Below are positions 25,153-38,175 of a DNA stretch of 64,000 bases, in pieces. The DNA is from Octopus sinensis (lineage: Eukaryota), in contig NC_043006.1 of NCBI RefSeq assembly GCF_006345805.1, positions 18,104,001-18,168,000 on the forward strand. The letters run 5' to 3'. The position numbers and the translations under genes were made by a program. The notes beneath the pieces are model-generated. The model had not been told where the DNA came from. It saw nothing but the letters and a program-made list of their open reading frames with translations, and searched no databases. Within the stretch, counting starts at the first letter, position 1, and each line of letters begins with the position of its first letter.

Positions 25153-25365
25153 TACACATGTGCGTGTGTGTGTGTGTCAGTGCATATGTATGTGTGAACG
25201 CCTTCTTCTATGTGCATTTAAATACAGATGTATTAGATGTGTTGTTGTATATATGTGTCTATATTTGTGTACTTTATACAATGAACATTTTTTTCTCTTT
25301 CTGCCCAGTTATGTAAATATTTTTAATATTTGCTTATTGTTTTGCTTACACACAAACCTCATTAC

Positions 25366-25952
25366 CTGTGTATGTATGTATGTATGTATGTATGTATGTG
25401 TGTGGTGTGTGTATGTATGTATGTATGTATATATGTATGTATATATGTATGTTTGTATGTATGTATGTGTGTGTGTGTATGTATGTATGTATGCATGTAT
25501 GTATGTATGTATGTGTATGTGTGTGTGTGTGTGTATGTGTGTATGTATGTATGTATGTATGTATGTATGTATGTATGCATGTATGTATGTGTGTGTGTGT
25601 GTATGTATGTATGCATGTATGTATGCATGTTTGTATGTATGTATGTATGTGTGTATGTATGTATGTATGTATGTATGTATGTATGTATGTATGCATGTAT
25701 GTATGCGTGTGTGTATGTATGTATGTATGTATGTATGCATGTATGTATGCATGTTTGTATGTATGTATGTATGTGTGTGTATGTGTATGTGTATGTATGT
25801 ATGTATGTATGTATGTGTGTGTGTATGTGTGTGTATGTATGTATATATGTATGTATGTATGCATGTATGTATGTATGTGTGTATGTATGTGTGTATGTAT
25901 GTATGTGTGTACGTATGTATGTATCTTTGTATGTATGCATGTATGTATGTAA
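25366..25952. repeat. (TATG)n/(TG)n compound microsatellite (~590 bp)
   Basis: Direct observation; it produces the spurious 130-301 aa ORFs. Confidence 0.97.
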
Positions 25953-26254
25953 TTGTGAATTTGCATAAATATACATGTATGTATTCTCTTTTTTTCTTTT
26001 ATTCCTTTACTTGTTTCAGTTATTTGACTGCAGCCATGCTGGAACACCGCCTTAAAGTGTTTTAGTCAAACAAATCAACCCCAGAACTTAATTTTAAAAA
26101 CTGATTGTATAAGTCTAATACTTATACAATCAGTTTATTTTGCCAAACTGCTAAGCTACAGGTACATAAACACACCAACATTGGTTGTCAAATAGTGATG
26201 GGGGGGGGACAAACACAGACATAAAGACATTTACACAGATATATTTTTTATATT

Positions 26255-26660
26255 TCTTTACTACCCACAAGGAGCTAAACACAGAGGGGACAAACAAGGA
26301 TAGACAAATGGATTAAGTCGGTTATATCAACCCCCAGTGCATAACTGGTACTTATTTAATTGACCCTGAAAGGATGAAAGGCAAAGTCGACCTCGGCGGA
26401 ATTAGAACACAGAACGTAGTGGCAGACAAGATACCTATTTCTTTACTACCCACAAGGGGCTAAACACAGAGGGGACAAACAAGGACAGACAAACGGATTA
26501 GGTCGATTACATCAACCCCAGTGTGTAACTGGTACTTAATTTATCGACCCCAAAAGAATGAAAGGCAAAGTTGACCTCAGCGGAATTTGAACTCAGAACG
26601 TAACGGCAGACGAAATACCGCTAAGCATTTCACCCGGCATGCTAACATTTCTGTCAATGA
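26255..26660 (-). mobile_element. Two tandem SINE family D copies
   Basis: Duplicated ctttactacccacaagg...gaaaggcaaagt(c/t)gacctc segments. Confidence 0.85.
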
Positions 26661-27209
26661 CAGTCATCTTTCAGTTTCTGTCTACCAAATCCACTCAGAA
26701 GGTTCTGGGAAGAGGCTTTTTAGCACACAGCCATGCCTGTACCTATGTATATATATATATGTGTACCTGTATTTACACCTAAGAGGATATAAAACTCTGC
26801 TGCCTCCCATTCATTTCTCTCCTTTTGACTTATCCCCCTGAAGAAGGACTAAGCATTAAATATCCAAAGCATTAGATATTCCACTCCTCACAGCAAATTC
26901 ACTGTACACTTTTTATCAGTTTTACTACATGATATAGTAGGGGCATGTGGTTTAGTAGTTAAGGTATTGAACTCATGATTGTAAGATTGTGAGGCAATCT
27001 TTTGGTTAAAGTATCGTGATAAGGAAAGTGTTTGTTTGGCAATTTCCATAAAAGATTTTTATTTCTTTAATTATTTTTTCAGCTGAGCTGTTCATGTTTA
27101 TGTACTTTTTGTGTATGTATTACATACATTTTGTGTGTGTGTGTGTGTGTGAATACACATTAACAAATATTAAAAAATATAAAACACTTCACTGCCAGAG
27201 CAGCTATCT

Positions 27210-27530
27210 GGCCTCCATGCCGGTGGCACGTAAAAGACACCATTCGAGCGTGATCGTTACTAGCATCACCTTACTGGCACCTGTGCTGGTGGCATGTGTA
27301 AAAGATTCAAGCGAGGTCATTGCCAGTACAACCTTACTGGCCCCATACCGGTGGCACGTAAAAGCACCCACTACACTCTCGGAGTGGTTGGCGTTAGGAA
27401 GGGCACCCAGCTGTAGAAACTCTGCCAGATCAAGACTAGAGCCTGGTGCAGCCATCTGGCTCGCCAGCCCACAGTCAAACTGTCCAACCCATGCTAGCAT
27501 GGAAAGCGGACGTTAAACGATGATGATGAT
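27210..27530 (+). mobile_element. (GAT)n-tailed RTE-like 3' element
   Basis: Three hairpin subrepeats plus the common tail. Confidence 0.85.
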
Positions 27531-27589
27531 ATATATATATACACAAAAATACATAAACATAGCAGTTACAGAAATATACATACATACTT

Positions 27590-27712
27590 ACACATGGTTC
27601 CGGGTTCAGTCCCACTGCGTGGCACCTTGGGCAAGTGTCTTCTACTATAGCTTTGGGCCGACCAAAGGCTTGTGAGTGGATTTGGTAGACGGAAACTGAA
27701 AGAAGCCCGTCG

Positions 27713-27745
<33 letters not shown>

Positions 27746-27975
27746 ATATGTATGTGTGTGTATATGCTTGTGTGTTTGTGTTTGACCCCAACATCGCCTG
27801 ACAACCGATGCTGATGTGTTTATGTCCCCGTCACTTAGCGGTTTGGCAAAAGAGACCGATAGAATAAGTACTAGGCTTACAAAGAATAAGTCCTGGGGGT
27901 CGATTTGTTCGACTAAAGGCGGTGCTCCAGCATGGCCGCATTCAAATGACTGAAACAAGTAAAAGAGTAAAAGAG
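27590..27975 (+). mobile_element. SINE family A, slightly 5'-truncated
   Basis: Matches 1405-1770. Confidence 0.9.
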
Positions 27976-28388
27976 TATAAAGACATAATACATATACAAG
28001 AAAAGCATAAACATAAGTGATTCAGTTGAAATAAATTAAAGAAATAAAAATTTTGTACAGAAATTTTACCAAATATGCACTTTCGTTATTGTGATACTTT
28101 AACCAAAAGAATGCCAATTGTGGTTTCAATTCCTGGACCAAGTAACTTCATTTCACGATGCTCCAATCCAATCATCTGGTAAAAATGGGTAATCCTGTAG
28201 CAGGTCAGCGTCCCATCCTGGTGGGGAATGCATTCGTCATGGAAACCAGGAAACTGATCCTTTGAGTCTATGTGACTCAGGAAGGAACTTTACTTTTGCT
28301 TTACTACATAATAAAAGTCTTGCTGATGCAGAACAGCGCCAGCCTTTTTGGAGTCTGGTTAATCGTTTGTGTGTGTGTGTGTGTGTGT

Positions 28389-28425
<37 letters not shown>

Positions 28426-30072
28426 GCGTGCATGTATGTGTGTGTATTCACATGCACACACATATGTACACATGGAATGTGTTGATATTTACCCGTGTAA
28501 GATCTGGTGTCATATCTCAGGAAGCTAACTTAGCTGTTCAATAAATACAGATTGATATAAAAGAAGTTCCAAACTGAAATAAGTATTGTGGCTGGTATGC
28601 TCAACTTAAATCTTTGAAAGTGGTGCCCAAGTATGGCCACCCTCCACTGGCCAAAATCCTGTAACAGAATAACAGAATTAAGTATTGAAGGTAAATTCTT
28701 CGATACTTCATACTCTGTGTATTAAATCTGACTGTAACTGGTTAAGCCTTACATTTTAAACAACAACCATTTGTTCTCAAGAGTTCTTCAAATAATTCCA
28801 GCTACTTCTTCTCATAGAACCATCTTTTCAATTGAGTTTCTGTTATATTGTTTACAAAAAAAAAATTTAGATTCTTGAACTTGTTGCCCTGTCTTCCTGA
28901 AAGACTTATATGAGATCTTACTTCTGCAGAGTTTGTTTGTGTGTCCTATATATGTGGAATCTTCAAATTAATTTTTAAAATAAACAGTTGAATACTTTAC
29001 ATTTGTTGCTATATTAAATAAAAAGCTACTTGTAATACCTAATCAAATTTAATGATGATTTTTATTTTACTTTTTTTTTCTATAACTCTTTATTTTAAAA
29101 TCATGAAGAAAAGCTATTCTAAAATTAATCAACATTGATTAAATTTTTGTAAACAGAAAATAGCTTCAGAATTTAAAATAGAACAATAACAATGTTATTT
29201 CGTTGATTTCATTATCTTGGATTTTATTTTAACCTTCATTGCATAAATTTGTCTCTGTTTAATTCGTCTTATTTAGCTTTAACTTGAAATTTGTTTGGCA
29301 ATCTCCATTTGAAACCTCAAATAAATCAGAAAAGTTCAAAAACCTATTCATGGGGTGTATGCAGAGCAGTGAGAATCCAAACAATTATGAATCTATTTAT
29401 TCATAATACATTCTTGTTGATTTGAACATGAATATCTGACTGCTGTTTTTCATCATTGGAGAACATCCCTTCTCTATAGATGACATGTGTTCATAACACA
29501 CACAATTCACAAGTGTAAGGAGACTTTGAGACCTTGCAGTGTTTTGATTTCCTTGCGTGCCAAAGCTACCTCAGTCAAAGCTACCCTGCCACATATCAGC
29601 AAATAATTTGCTTGTTGATTCCTAGAAACAAGAGTTCATGCTTTTGTGAGATTCATCAGTCCAGCACAGTAACTTTGATTGAGGGGACACACAATGAGAT
29701 TACAACAGTAAATTACATGTGTTATGAACACACACGGTCTAAAGAGAGAATATATTCCCATATGATGTAAAGCAATAGTAATCATTCACATTTAAATCTT
29801 CCAGAACATATTAAGAATGAATGTTTCAGAAATCTGTTTATCATTAAAAAAATAAAAACATCCATCTGCTATAATTCAAAGTATATTCAAAACAGAAATG
29901 GCATTGATTTATAAGATACATGGCAAAATATTTGGGGGAAAAGATAATAATTGAGTGTATCAATACCAAAATTTGATTGGCATTTTATTTCTCTATCCTG
30001 GGTGATTGAAAGGAAAAGTCTACCCCGACCATATTTCAACTTTGAACTTAAAGAACTAAGAATTAATACTTG

Positions 30073-30452
30073 AGTTTAACTAATTACTCAAGTTTTACTG
30101 AGTAATTAGTTAAACTAATTACTGGCAAGCTGGCAGAAGCAACAGCACTCTAGGCGAAATGCTTAGTGGGATTTCTGGAATTTGAACTCAGTTCTGAGTT
30201 CAAATTCCGCCAAGGTCAACTTTACCTTTCATCCTTTTGGGGTCAATAAATTAAGTAACAGTTGCATACTGGGGGCGATCTAATTGACTGGCCCCCTCCC
30301 CCAAAATTTCAGGCCTTGTGCCTAGAGTAGAAAAGAATAACTCAAGTTTAATGGATAACTTGAGTTATATTAGTTAAAGAATTTAACTCAAAGCATATTG
30401 ACTAATATGCCTTGAGTTATTTAATTACTTGAGTAATAAAAATACTCAAGCC
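30073..30452. repeat. Cluster of short hairpins built on ACTCAAG/CTTGAGT, interrupted by a SINE D copy (~30126-30336)
   Basis: 18-bp stem 30073-30090/30099-30116; 12-bp stem 30337-30348/30357-30368; further stems to ~30450. Confidence 0.75.
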
Positions 30453-30679
30453 ATATTATTTTATGCTATGTTTCTGTCACTCCTTCAAAACAAAAATGAT
30501 ATTAGATTAGGAAAAGTGAATATTTTATTGCAAAAAGTAAGTTCTAAATGACTTGAGGCCACTCAGTGGTTTTGAAATCCTAATTGAAACTTACAAGGAT
30601 TGTACCAAAAGTAATGCAAAAGAGGGCATAACTTTTTTTGTTGACTGACATCAGTCATTCAAATTGTTGTTAGAAAAAC

Positions 30680-31010
30680 TCTTTCACCAACAGAGATACT
30701 ACTCAACATTTTCTCAATCACATGTAATGTATTTGCACCACCACTGAAACCAACTCTCAAATCTTCTTTGAAAATATTCATGTGTTTACTGTTGTATTCA
30801 CTTCTTCATATCCACTTCCACTTTATCTGTCGTCAAATTGTCCCTGAAAACAGTCCTTTATGAGATCAAACAAGTGTGAGTTGGAGGGCACCAGATCTGG
30901 GCTGTACAATAGACAAGAGACCACTGACCAACCCAATTTCCTGATTACCTGGTTTGATGCATTATTTGCATTTATTGGTCACGTTTGCATTACTTTTGGT
31001 ACAAGAAGAC
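30680..31010 (-). pseudogene. Decayed mariner (DD34D-type) transposase C-terminus
   Basis: LYSPDLVPSNSHLFDLI...RRFESWFQWWCKYITCD resembles YSPDLAPSDxHLF...RWxKCI. Confidence 0.7.
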
Positions 31011-31181
31011 CATAGTGGGTCTACTTGAACTTAGAATGCAAAAAGCCAGAACAAATACTGCAAGATACCCAATTCAACATTCTTACAATTCTGCCAGTCT
31101 ACTGTCACAGATTGGTGCTTCTTTTCAATGGATCCTAAAAGGGTGAAAGGCAAACTTGATCTCAGTGGGATTTGAACTTAA

Positions 31182-31401
31182 CCCTTTCGTTACCAACCCG
31201 GCTGAAACCGGCTCTGGCTCTGAGTACAAATGTCTTGTTTTCATAAGTTTTGAATTAAAATCTTCCACCAAACCTTTGTCACAATTTATGGTCCTAACAC
31301 CAGCTGAATGATAACTAAGTTATTTTACTAAATTCTTTGTTATATTTAAAGTAATTGAAAGAAACACAGAGCATCTCAAAATAAATACAGTAACAAAAAG
31401 G
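31182..31401. mobile_element. piggyBac-type MITE (220 bp)
   Basis: TTAA|CCCTTTCGTTAC ... GTAACAAAAAGG|TTAA; TIRs match at 10 of 12 positions. Confidence 0.8.
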
Positions 31402-31709
31402 TTAAAGCACAGAGAGTTGGAACAAATATCACAAAGCTTTGAGTTCAATGCTCTAATGGTCCTGCCAATTTGACTGTAATAACAGGTATCCAACAAATAA
31501 TTGACAACGTTACATTTACTTGTTCAAACCATTCATTCTCTGCAAGCTTTGTCCTACTTTATTTTATAATTATGTTGTTATTTCTTATTTTGAATGTGTC
31601 TAAATTGAGGAAAACTTTACAAAATATATTAAAGTCACCACTACACTCATATTAAAGTCACCACTACACTCATGTCCACTACATATATTAAAGTCACCAC
31701 TACACTCGT

Positions 31710-31875
31710 GTCCACTACACTCATGGAGTGGTTGGCGTTAGGAAGGGCATCCAGCCGTAGAAACATTGCCAGATCAAACTGGGCCTGGTGCAGCCTTCTG
31801 GCTTCCCAGACCCCAGTTGAACCGTCCAACCCATGCTAGCATGAAAAGTGGACGCTAAACGATGATGATGATGAT
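31710..31875 (+). mobile_element. 5'-truncated (GAT)n-tailed RTE-like element with a reiterated 5' junction
   Basis: Common tail; junction repeats at 31626-31722. Confidence 0.85.
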
Positions 31876-32920
31876 TGCCATGTAAACAAATGCTATTTGA
31901 GCATTTAAGTGGAAGATTTTTCTGGAGATCAGTTATAAATAACAACAGCATTTTATGACTCAAGTTGGCACTGGTAGCATCAATTTAAGACATTCCTTTT
32001 TTAAAAGGGACCTCTTGGAAGCATTGTTTAGAAATTAAAACCAGGCAGAATTTCTCAAATGGGAATCATAACTGTCTGCTCCTGAATATGTTTTGTGGTA
32101 TATGGCAGTGTTTGTGGTGACAATGTACCTATGTTGATTAGTTTAATTTGTGTTATCCGTATTTATTGATTTTTGGCTTATTCTTAATAGGTTTTATTTA
32201 ATTGTTGACTGACTTTGGAAATTATTGATTTTGTGAGTTATTTAATTGAATTTTGTGTCATAATGTAATCAGCTTACAGGTGGTTAAATTTATAGTTATT
32301 ATCCTGGTGAAAATAATTAGGTTTATATATTCCCAGGCAGCATTAGATTATATGTTTCTAAGGTTTTTTTGACACCAACAGAAAAAGTGTTCCTGCCTAT
32401 AGGTGTCAAAATCACGTTGATATCTGTTAAGCAGCTGAGGATTGAATTCCCAATTGTTTGAACTTTATTCTATAGTGAGTTATGTCTCAAAGGTTATCTT
32501 ATTGATTGAGTACCATATATTTGTAGGTGTAATTGTTTATATGTTATTAGATTTTAATATTGAATACTGGTATTTGTTTGTGCTGCTTCTCCGAAGATTC
32601 ATTTTAGTTTTTTTCAGGAGTTAAACATTTGATTCTGGAATTGTCAGGAATTCCCATTTATTTTATTCCATACCTTTCTGGGTTTCAGTGGTTTAGGTTA
32701 TTTACTTTGATGAGGATAGTTTTTTTTTTTGGGGGGGGGATGAGAGGTACACCTTTCCTTGTTAATAGGGTTGTTGCTTATATATATGTATGTATGTGTG
32801 TGTGTATATAAATATATATATAGTTAATCCAAACAAGAAAGCACAAAAAAACACAACAAAGCGAGGACGTGGAACAAATATAGTATTATTGGACGCTCAG
32901 GAAAGAAGGAAAGAAGGAGG

Positions 32921-32955
32921 GTTTAACGTTTCGAGTGGAGCTCTTCGTCGGAAAC
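32921..32955 (-). ncRNA. Minimal type I hammerhead ribozyme motif inside a (TA)n-bounded PLE pseudo-LTR-like repeat (~32825-33015)
   Basis: Minus strand gttt-CCGACGA-a-GAG ctcca CTC-GAA-ACGT-T-aaac. All three stems pair; U4C core variant; GUU site. Confidence 0.7.
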
Positions 32956-33867
32956 ATAGGAGAAGGAAAGATCCAGAGAAGGGAAGACAGAGGAAAAAAA
33001 ATCGCCAACGTTTGTGTGTGTATACATATAAGTACGTATAAATATATATACATGGATGCATACAGATGTAGGCATAGAAGCACACATACATACATAAATT
33101 CTTAAATACAGAGATACATACACCTAGACATTAGCTAAAAATCACCTGTTAAACACTTCTTTGATTACAGTTTGAAATAGATTGTGACAGAAAGCAAATG
33201 GCATTTACATGTTCCATTTTCGTGAAGATTGCATATTGAAATAAGATGGCTCCTCGCATGTTTTTTTCAAAAGCTATTTTGTGGACTAACCTACTATCAA
33301 GTGCTGTTGGTAATAGATTAAAGCAGATTAACGAATGAGAGAGTTTTTTTTTTTAAATGCCCTTTATTACAATATGCAAGCTGAATAGGGAAAAATTAAA
33401 TGCCATTTACTACATTAACAATTTATTTCAAACCAAAATATTTCAAAGATAATTTTCATCCAATATTTAGATGCTGATTCTTTTGCTGGTGTGTGTGTGT
33501 GTGTGTGTGTGTAAATATGCATAAATACATATACACACAGATACACACTCACATACACAATCACACACACACACACACACACATGTATATGTATATTATA
33601 CCTTTACAAGAAGAGGGGTGACAATGACGTTGCATTTTCAGCCTAACTTCCATCAGATTGTCTGACAAAGATTTGCAGATCAAAGCTTCAAAGTGACAGT
33701 CACCCATCTTATTGTAAAAGTACAATAAACAAGTACTCCACAAAAAAGTATTGAATAATGTTCAGTTTAATGCTAAGTTTTTCATTATTATTAATATTTG
33801 ACTTAAAAACAAACATTGATATTTATCTATCTATGTGCGTGTATATATATATATATCATCATCATCA

Positions 33868-34053
33868 TATTTATATTAAGAGCATTACTATACATAAATA
33901 CCTCACGCTAGGAGGGACTCTTAAAGTCAAAACTACCATAATAAATAAACACATTGTATTGGTACAATGTGCTTATTTATTATGGTAGCTTTGACTTTAA
34001 GAGTCACTCCTAGCATGAGGCATTTATGTATAGTAATGCCCTTAATATAAATA
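33868..34053. repeat. Long palindrome (91-bp arms, 6 mismatches, 4-nt loop)
   Basis: 33868-33958 versus 33963-34053. Confidence 0.95.
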
Positions 34054-34454
34054 AATATATTTAAGAGGAATAATTGATGGATTTTTCCCTTATGAGGTTT
34101 TTCACGCTAACTACTTGATAAAGTCTTATAAAGATTTTATCCAATTTTTCAATTATATATATATATAATATATGTTTATACATATATATTTAAGATCATC
34201 TGGGTTATAACCTAATAGTGTGCTTTTCCAAGTTTCTCTATGGGTATTAGCAACCATTTGCTATCATACTGTAGGACTTCTCCTTTCACTTGATATACAT
34301 GTGGGAATCTGTTAATATCTACAGAATTTATACAAAATAGTTTTAATACAAGATGGAATGTGAGAGTGAGAGAGAAAGAGAGGAAAGTGGGAGAAGTATT
34401 TGAGGTCATTTTTGGTAATTTAAGCAAAAACAAATGCATTTTAATAAAAATTTG

Positions 34455-35380
34455 TGCACAGGTTCTTGATAATCTTTCTCATAAGATTACCCCATGAATC
34501 TACCTTCAGTTTTGACAAGTGCCAATGTGGTACAGGAATCGTTGATATACCTGCACTAAATAGCCCTTATACATTTCAGACATCGCTGAGACAAAGGGGT
34601 CTTCAGTGAAGCTTCTGGTATTGTGAGGATATTGATTGATCTCCCTTTCAAGGACATTCGAAACATAATACTCTATGGGATTTAAATCTAGCAAGTTCAG
34701 AGGCCATAAGTTTCAGGTTACACCATCATAAAAATTGTTTGACATCTGTTCTTGGATTACATGATCTTTGTAAGAAGTTGCTGAGTCTTGTTGAAACACA
34801 TATGACCTTCTAATGTGCACTTTATCCACCCAGGGTTTACAGTTGTCTCTAGTTCTTCAGGCAGCATTAATCCTAAGACTCTGTGGAGAGATGTGAGGTG
34901 CTATGACAAGACCTTTGTTACTCAGCACTCTTAAAATCATCATACTTGCTAGAAACCTAGTATGTATTACTCTGGGGGTCATCTGAAGGAATTGCACATA
35001 ATCATCTGTTATTTTGTCAGCCAGACTATTGGTCCCAGTCAAAGTTTTACTCACCAGAGAGGCATCAAAGTATGGCATATTCATGCTGGTTTCTAACTTT
35101 ATTAAAAACTGCATGTCACAGCTCAAACAGTTTTCCTATGTCTCTGCAACCATGAATGGGTCTCTCCTCAATACATACAATTTATATGCTCCTCAGTTCT
35201 GGAAGTACATTCCAACACATGAAGTTTTTCAGCAATGGCCCTCAATGATTTTCTAGGATCATCATTGAAAATGTTTTGAACCCATTAAATCAATTGTGGT
35301 GTCTTTACAGTACTTGAACATTTAGAATGTTTTGTTTTCCTTGATACATTTAAAACATTCTTACAAGAAGCATCCAATTC
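34455..35380 (-). pseudogene. Highly decayed maT/DD37D-like mariner transposase
   Basis: HTRFLASMMILRVLSNKGLVIAPHISPQSLRINAA; DLNPIEYYVSNVLEREINQYPHNT. Confidence 0.75.
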
Positions 35381-35411
35381 CATCTGAACTATGTGTACAA
35401 AAGATCATGCA

Positions 35412-35722
35412 GTGGAGGCACATGGCCTAGTGGTTAGAGCAGTAGACTCGTGGTCGAGGGATCACAAGTTCAAATCTCAGACCGGGCGATGTAAGTATTT
35501 ATGAGTGAAACACCTAAGCTCCACGCAGCTCCGGCAGAAGGTAATGGCGAACTTCTGCTGATTCTTTCGCCACAACTTTCTCTCACTCTTTCCTCCTGCA
35601 TCTTGCAGCTCGCCTGCGATGGACTGGCGTCCTGTCCAGGTGGGGAACCTATACACAAAGGAAACCGGGAAAACCGGCCCTTATGAGACAGGCGTGGCTC
35701 GAGAAGGAAAGAACAAACAAAA
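35412..35722 (+). mobile_element. SINE family B, tail type 2 with a V-domain-like segment
   Basis: Shared head. cctgcgatggactggcgtcctgtccagg (35613-35640) resembles the V-SINE central domain. Confidence 0.7.
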
Positions 35723-36117
35723 GGTCATGCAACAGTTTAGAAACTTGGCAATTTCAAAATCACTGTGTTCCACACATATGACTGCAGCATGTCTTTTCTT
35801 TTCTTTGTTAGCATTTTATCTACCATGGGGGATCTGAAAGAAATATAAACCTTTTAATTGGTTTGGAGAGAGTAATATATTGACAATTAAGTGTCTTCAA
35901 ATACACCTCATACCCTATATATGTATACATACATAGATACTTATATATATTCATACAAAAATACATATTTGCATACATACAGGCAGGCATGCATATGTGC
36001 ATACATTCATTTATACAGATTATGGTGAGAGGAACGGTATCCAACTATATAAAAACTGCCTCAAATAAGCTCCATTCAACTCATACAAGCATGGAAAAGA
36101 GGACATTAAATGTTGGT

Positions 36118-36260
36118 GGTGATGATGATGATGATGATGATGACGATGACGACGACGATGATGATGATGACAGCGATGGCGATGATGACGACGATTACAA
36201 AGACGATGATGATGATAATAACGATGATGACAATAACAGCTATGATGATGATGATGTATC
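36118..36260. repeat. (GAT/GAC)n microsatellite followed by a (GA)n/(GAGT)n tract
   Basis: Direct observation. Confidence 0.95.
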
Positions 36261-36781
36261 CATGACTAGGGAGAGAGAGAGTCTGTGTGTGAGTGAGAGA
36301 GAAAGAGTGAGAGTGAGTGAGTGAGAGAGAAAAAGTGAGAGAGAGTGTGTGAGTGAGTGAGTAAGGTAGAGAGAGAGAGAGAAGAACACGTAAATGAGAG
36401 AATATATTTTAACTAAATAAGAGAGATCAGAGTCTGTTTCATAAAAATTTTTTTATCACATTTTCCAAAAAGAAATATATCCTGTGATGCAGCACGAATA
36501 TGTGATATATCAATTTCCAGAATTTTATGGTGACTTAATGCCATATTTTATGACATTTACACATCATTGAATATGAAGTTTAAAGGTTTTATTGCACATT
36601 ATTATATCTGTATAAGTTGTTAGGTTTCATAGTTCATAGTTAGAAAAGATTCAATATACGTGTAAATTTACATAAGATGTAAAAATGCACAAACAAACCT
36701 ATAATCTTTGTTTTGTAAAATCTAGTCAAGTAATCTGTGGCTATCAGATAGGAAATGAGAAATTGGGATATACAGAAATAA

Positions 36782-36823
<42 letters not shown>

Positions 36824-36867
36824 CCGTCCAACCCATGCTAGCATGGGAAGCGGACGTTAAACGATGA

Positions 36868-36902
<35 letters not shown>

Positions 36903-36903
<1 letters not shown>

Positions 36904-37300
36904 TCTTTACTCTTTTACTTGTTTCAGTCATTTGACTGTGGCCATGCTGGAGCACCGCCTTTAGTCGAGCAAATCGACCCTGAGACTTATTCTTTGTAAG
37001 CCCAGTACTTATTCTATCGGTCTCTTTTTTTGCCGAACCGCTAAGTGACGGGGACGTAAACACACCAACATCGGTTGTCAAACAATGCTAGGGGGACAAA
37101 CACAGACACACAAACACACACACATATATATATACATATATACGACAGGCTTCTTTCAGTTTCCGTCTACCAAATCCACTCAGAAGGCATTGGTCGGCCC
37201 GGGGCTATAGCAGAAGATACTTGCCCAGGATGCCACGCAGTGGGACTGAACCCATGTGGTTGGTTAGCAAGCTACTTACGACACAGCCACTCCTGCACCT
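36903..37300 (-). mobile_element. SINE family A, full length
   Basis: Near-identical reverse complement of 1364-1806. Confidence 0.9.
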
Positions 37301-37319
37301 ATGTATATATACATATATA

Positions 37320-37697
37320 TATATTATATTAAATTAGAGATAAAACCACTATTAGGCAAATCAGTGAAAATCATAAGCCAATACATAGAAATAAAATTAA
37401 TTAAAAAAATATAAAATATAAAATTAAAAAAAATAAAAAAAATAAAAAAATAAATAAATAAATAAAATTAAATAAGATAGTAATAATAAAAATATATATA
37501 TATTTAAAATTTATAAGTTTAAATTATTTAAATAATTTTTAAAATTTTACTTTAATTTAAATATTTTAATTTAGAATTTTATATTTTTTATATTTTATAT
37601 TTTATATTTTTTAATTAATTTTATTTCTATGTATTGGCTTATGATTTGCACCGTTTGATTAGCCTAATAGTGGTTTTATCTCTAATTTAATATAATA
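37320..37697. repeat. AT-rich inverted-repeat element (arms ~110 bp)
   Basis: attaaattagagataaaaccactattaggc...cataagccaatacatagaaataaaattaatt mirrored at ~37590-37695. Confidence 0.85.
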
Positions 37698-37909
37698 TAT
37701 ATTTATACTATAAAATTAGATTTAATCCTAAATCTAATTTTTCCCTGTAAGTTTGGATTTACTCCCTAATATTATTATATATTACATATTACACACACAC
37801 ACATGCACACACACATGTAGACATATATATACACACACACACACATACTCACATGTGCACATACACACACCTATAGGTATATATATATATATATAAATAT
37901 ATACATTTG

Positions 37910-38175
37910 GCCGAGGCCAGCTCCGCCTTGACTGGCTTCCGTGCCGGTGGCACGTAAAAAGCACCAACCGATCATGGCCGTTTGCCAGCCTCGCCTGGTA
38001 CGTAAAAAGCACCCACTACACTCACGGAGTGGTTGGCGTTAGGAAGGGCATCAAGCTGTAGAAACACCGCCAGATCAGACTGGAGCCTGGTGCAGCCTCC
38101 TGGCTTCTCAGACCCCGGTCGAACCGTCCAACCCATGCTAGCATGGAAAACGTACGTTAAATGATGATGATGATA
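37910..38175 (+). mobile_element. (GAT)n-tailed RTE-like 3' element
   Basis: Matches the family consensus seen in the window. Confidence 0.85.

Noticed and set aside
25160-26065. Long ORFs of 130-301 aa on both strands
   Set aside because: They are translations of a (TATG)n/(TG)n microsatellite.
31626-31722. CRISPR-like short repeats
   Set aside because: No unique spacers, eukaryotic context, no cas genes; explained as an insertion-junction stutter.
35989-36324. Poly-Asp ORF resembling an acidic biomineral protein
   Set aside because: It is a (GAT/GAC)n microsatellite between other simple repeats with no signal peptide.
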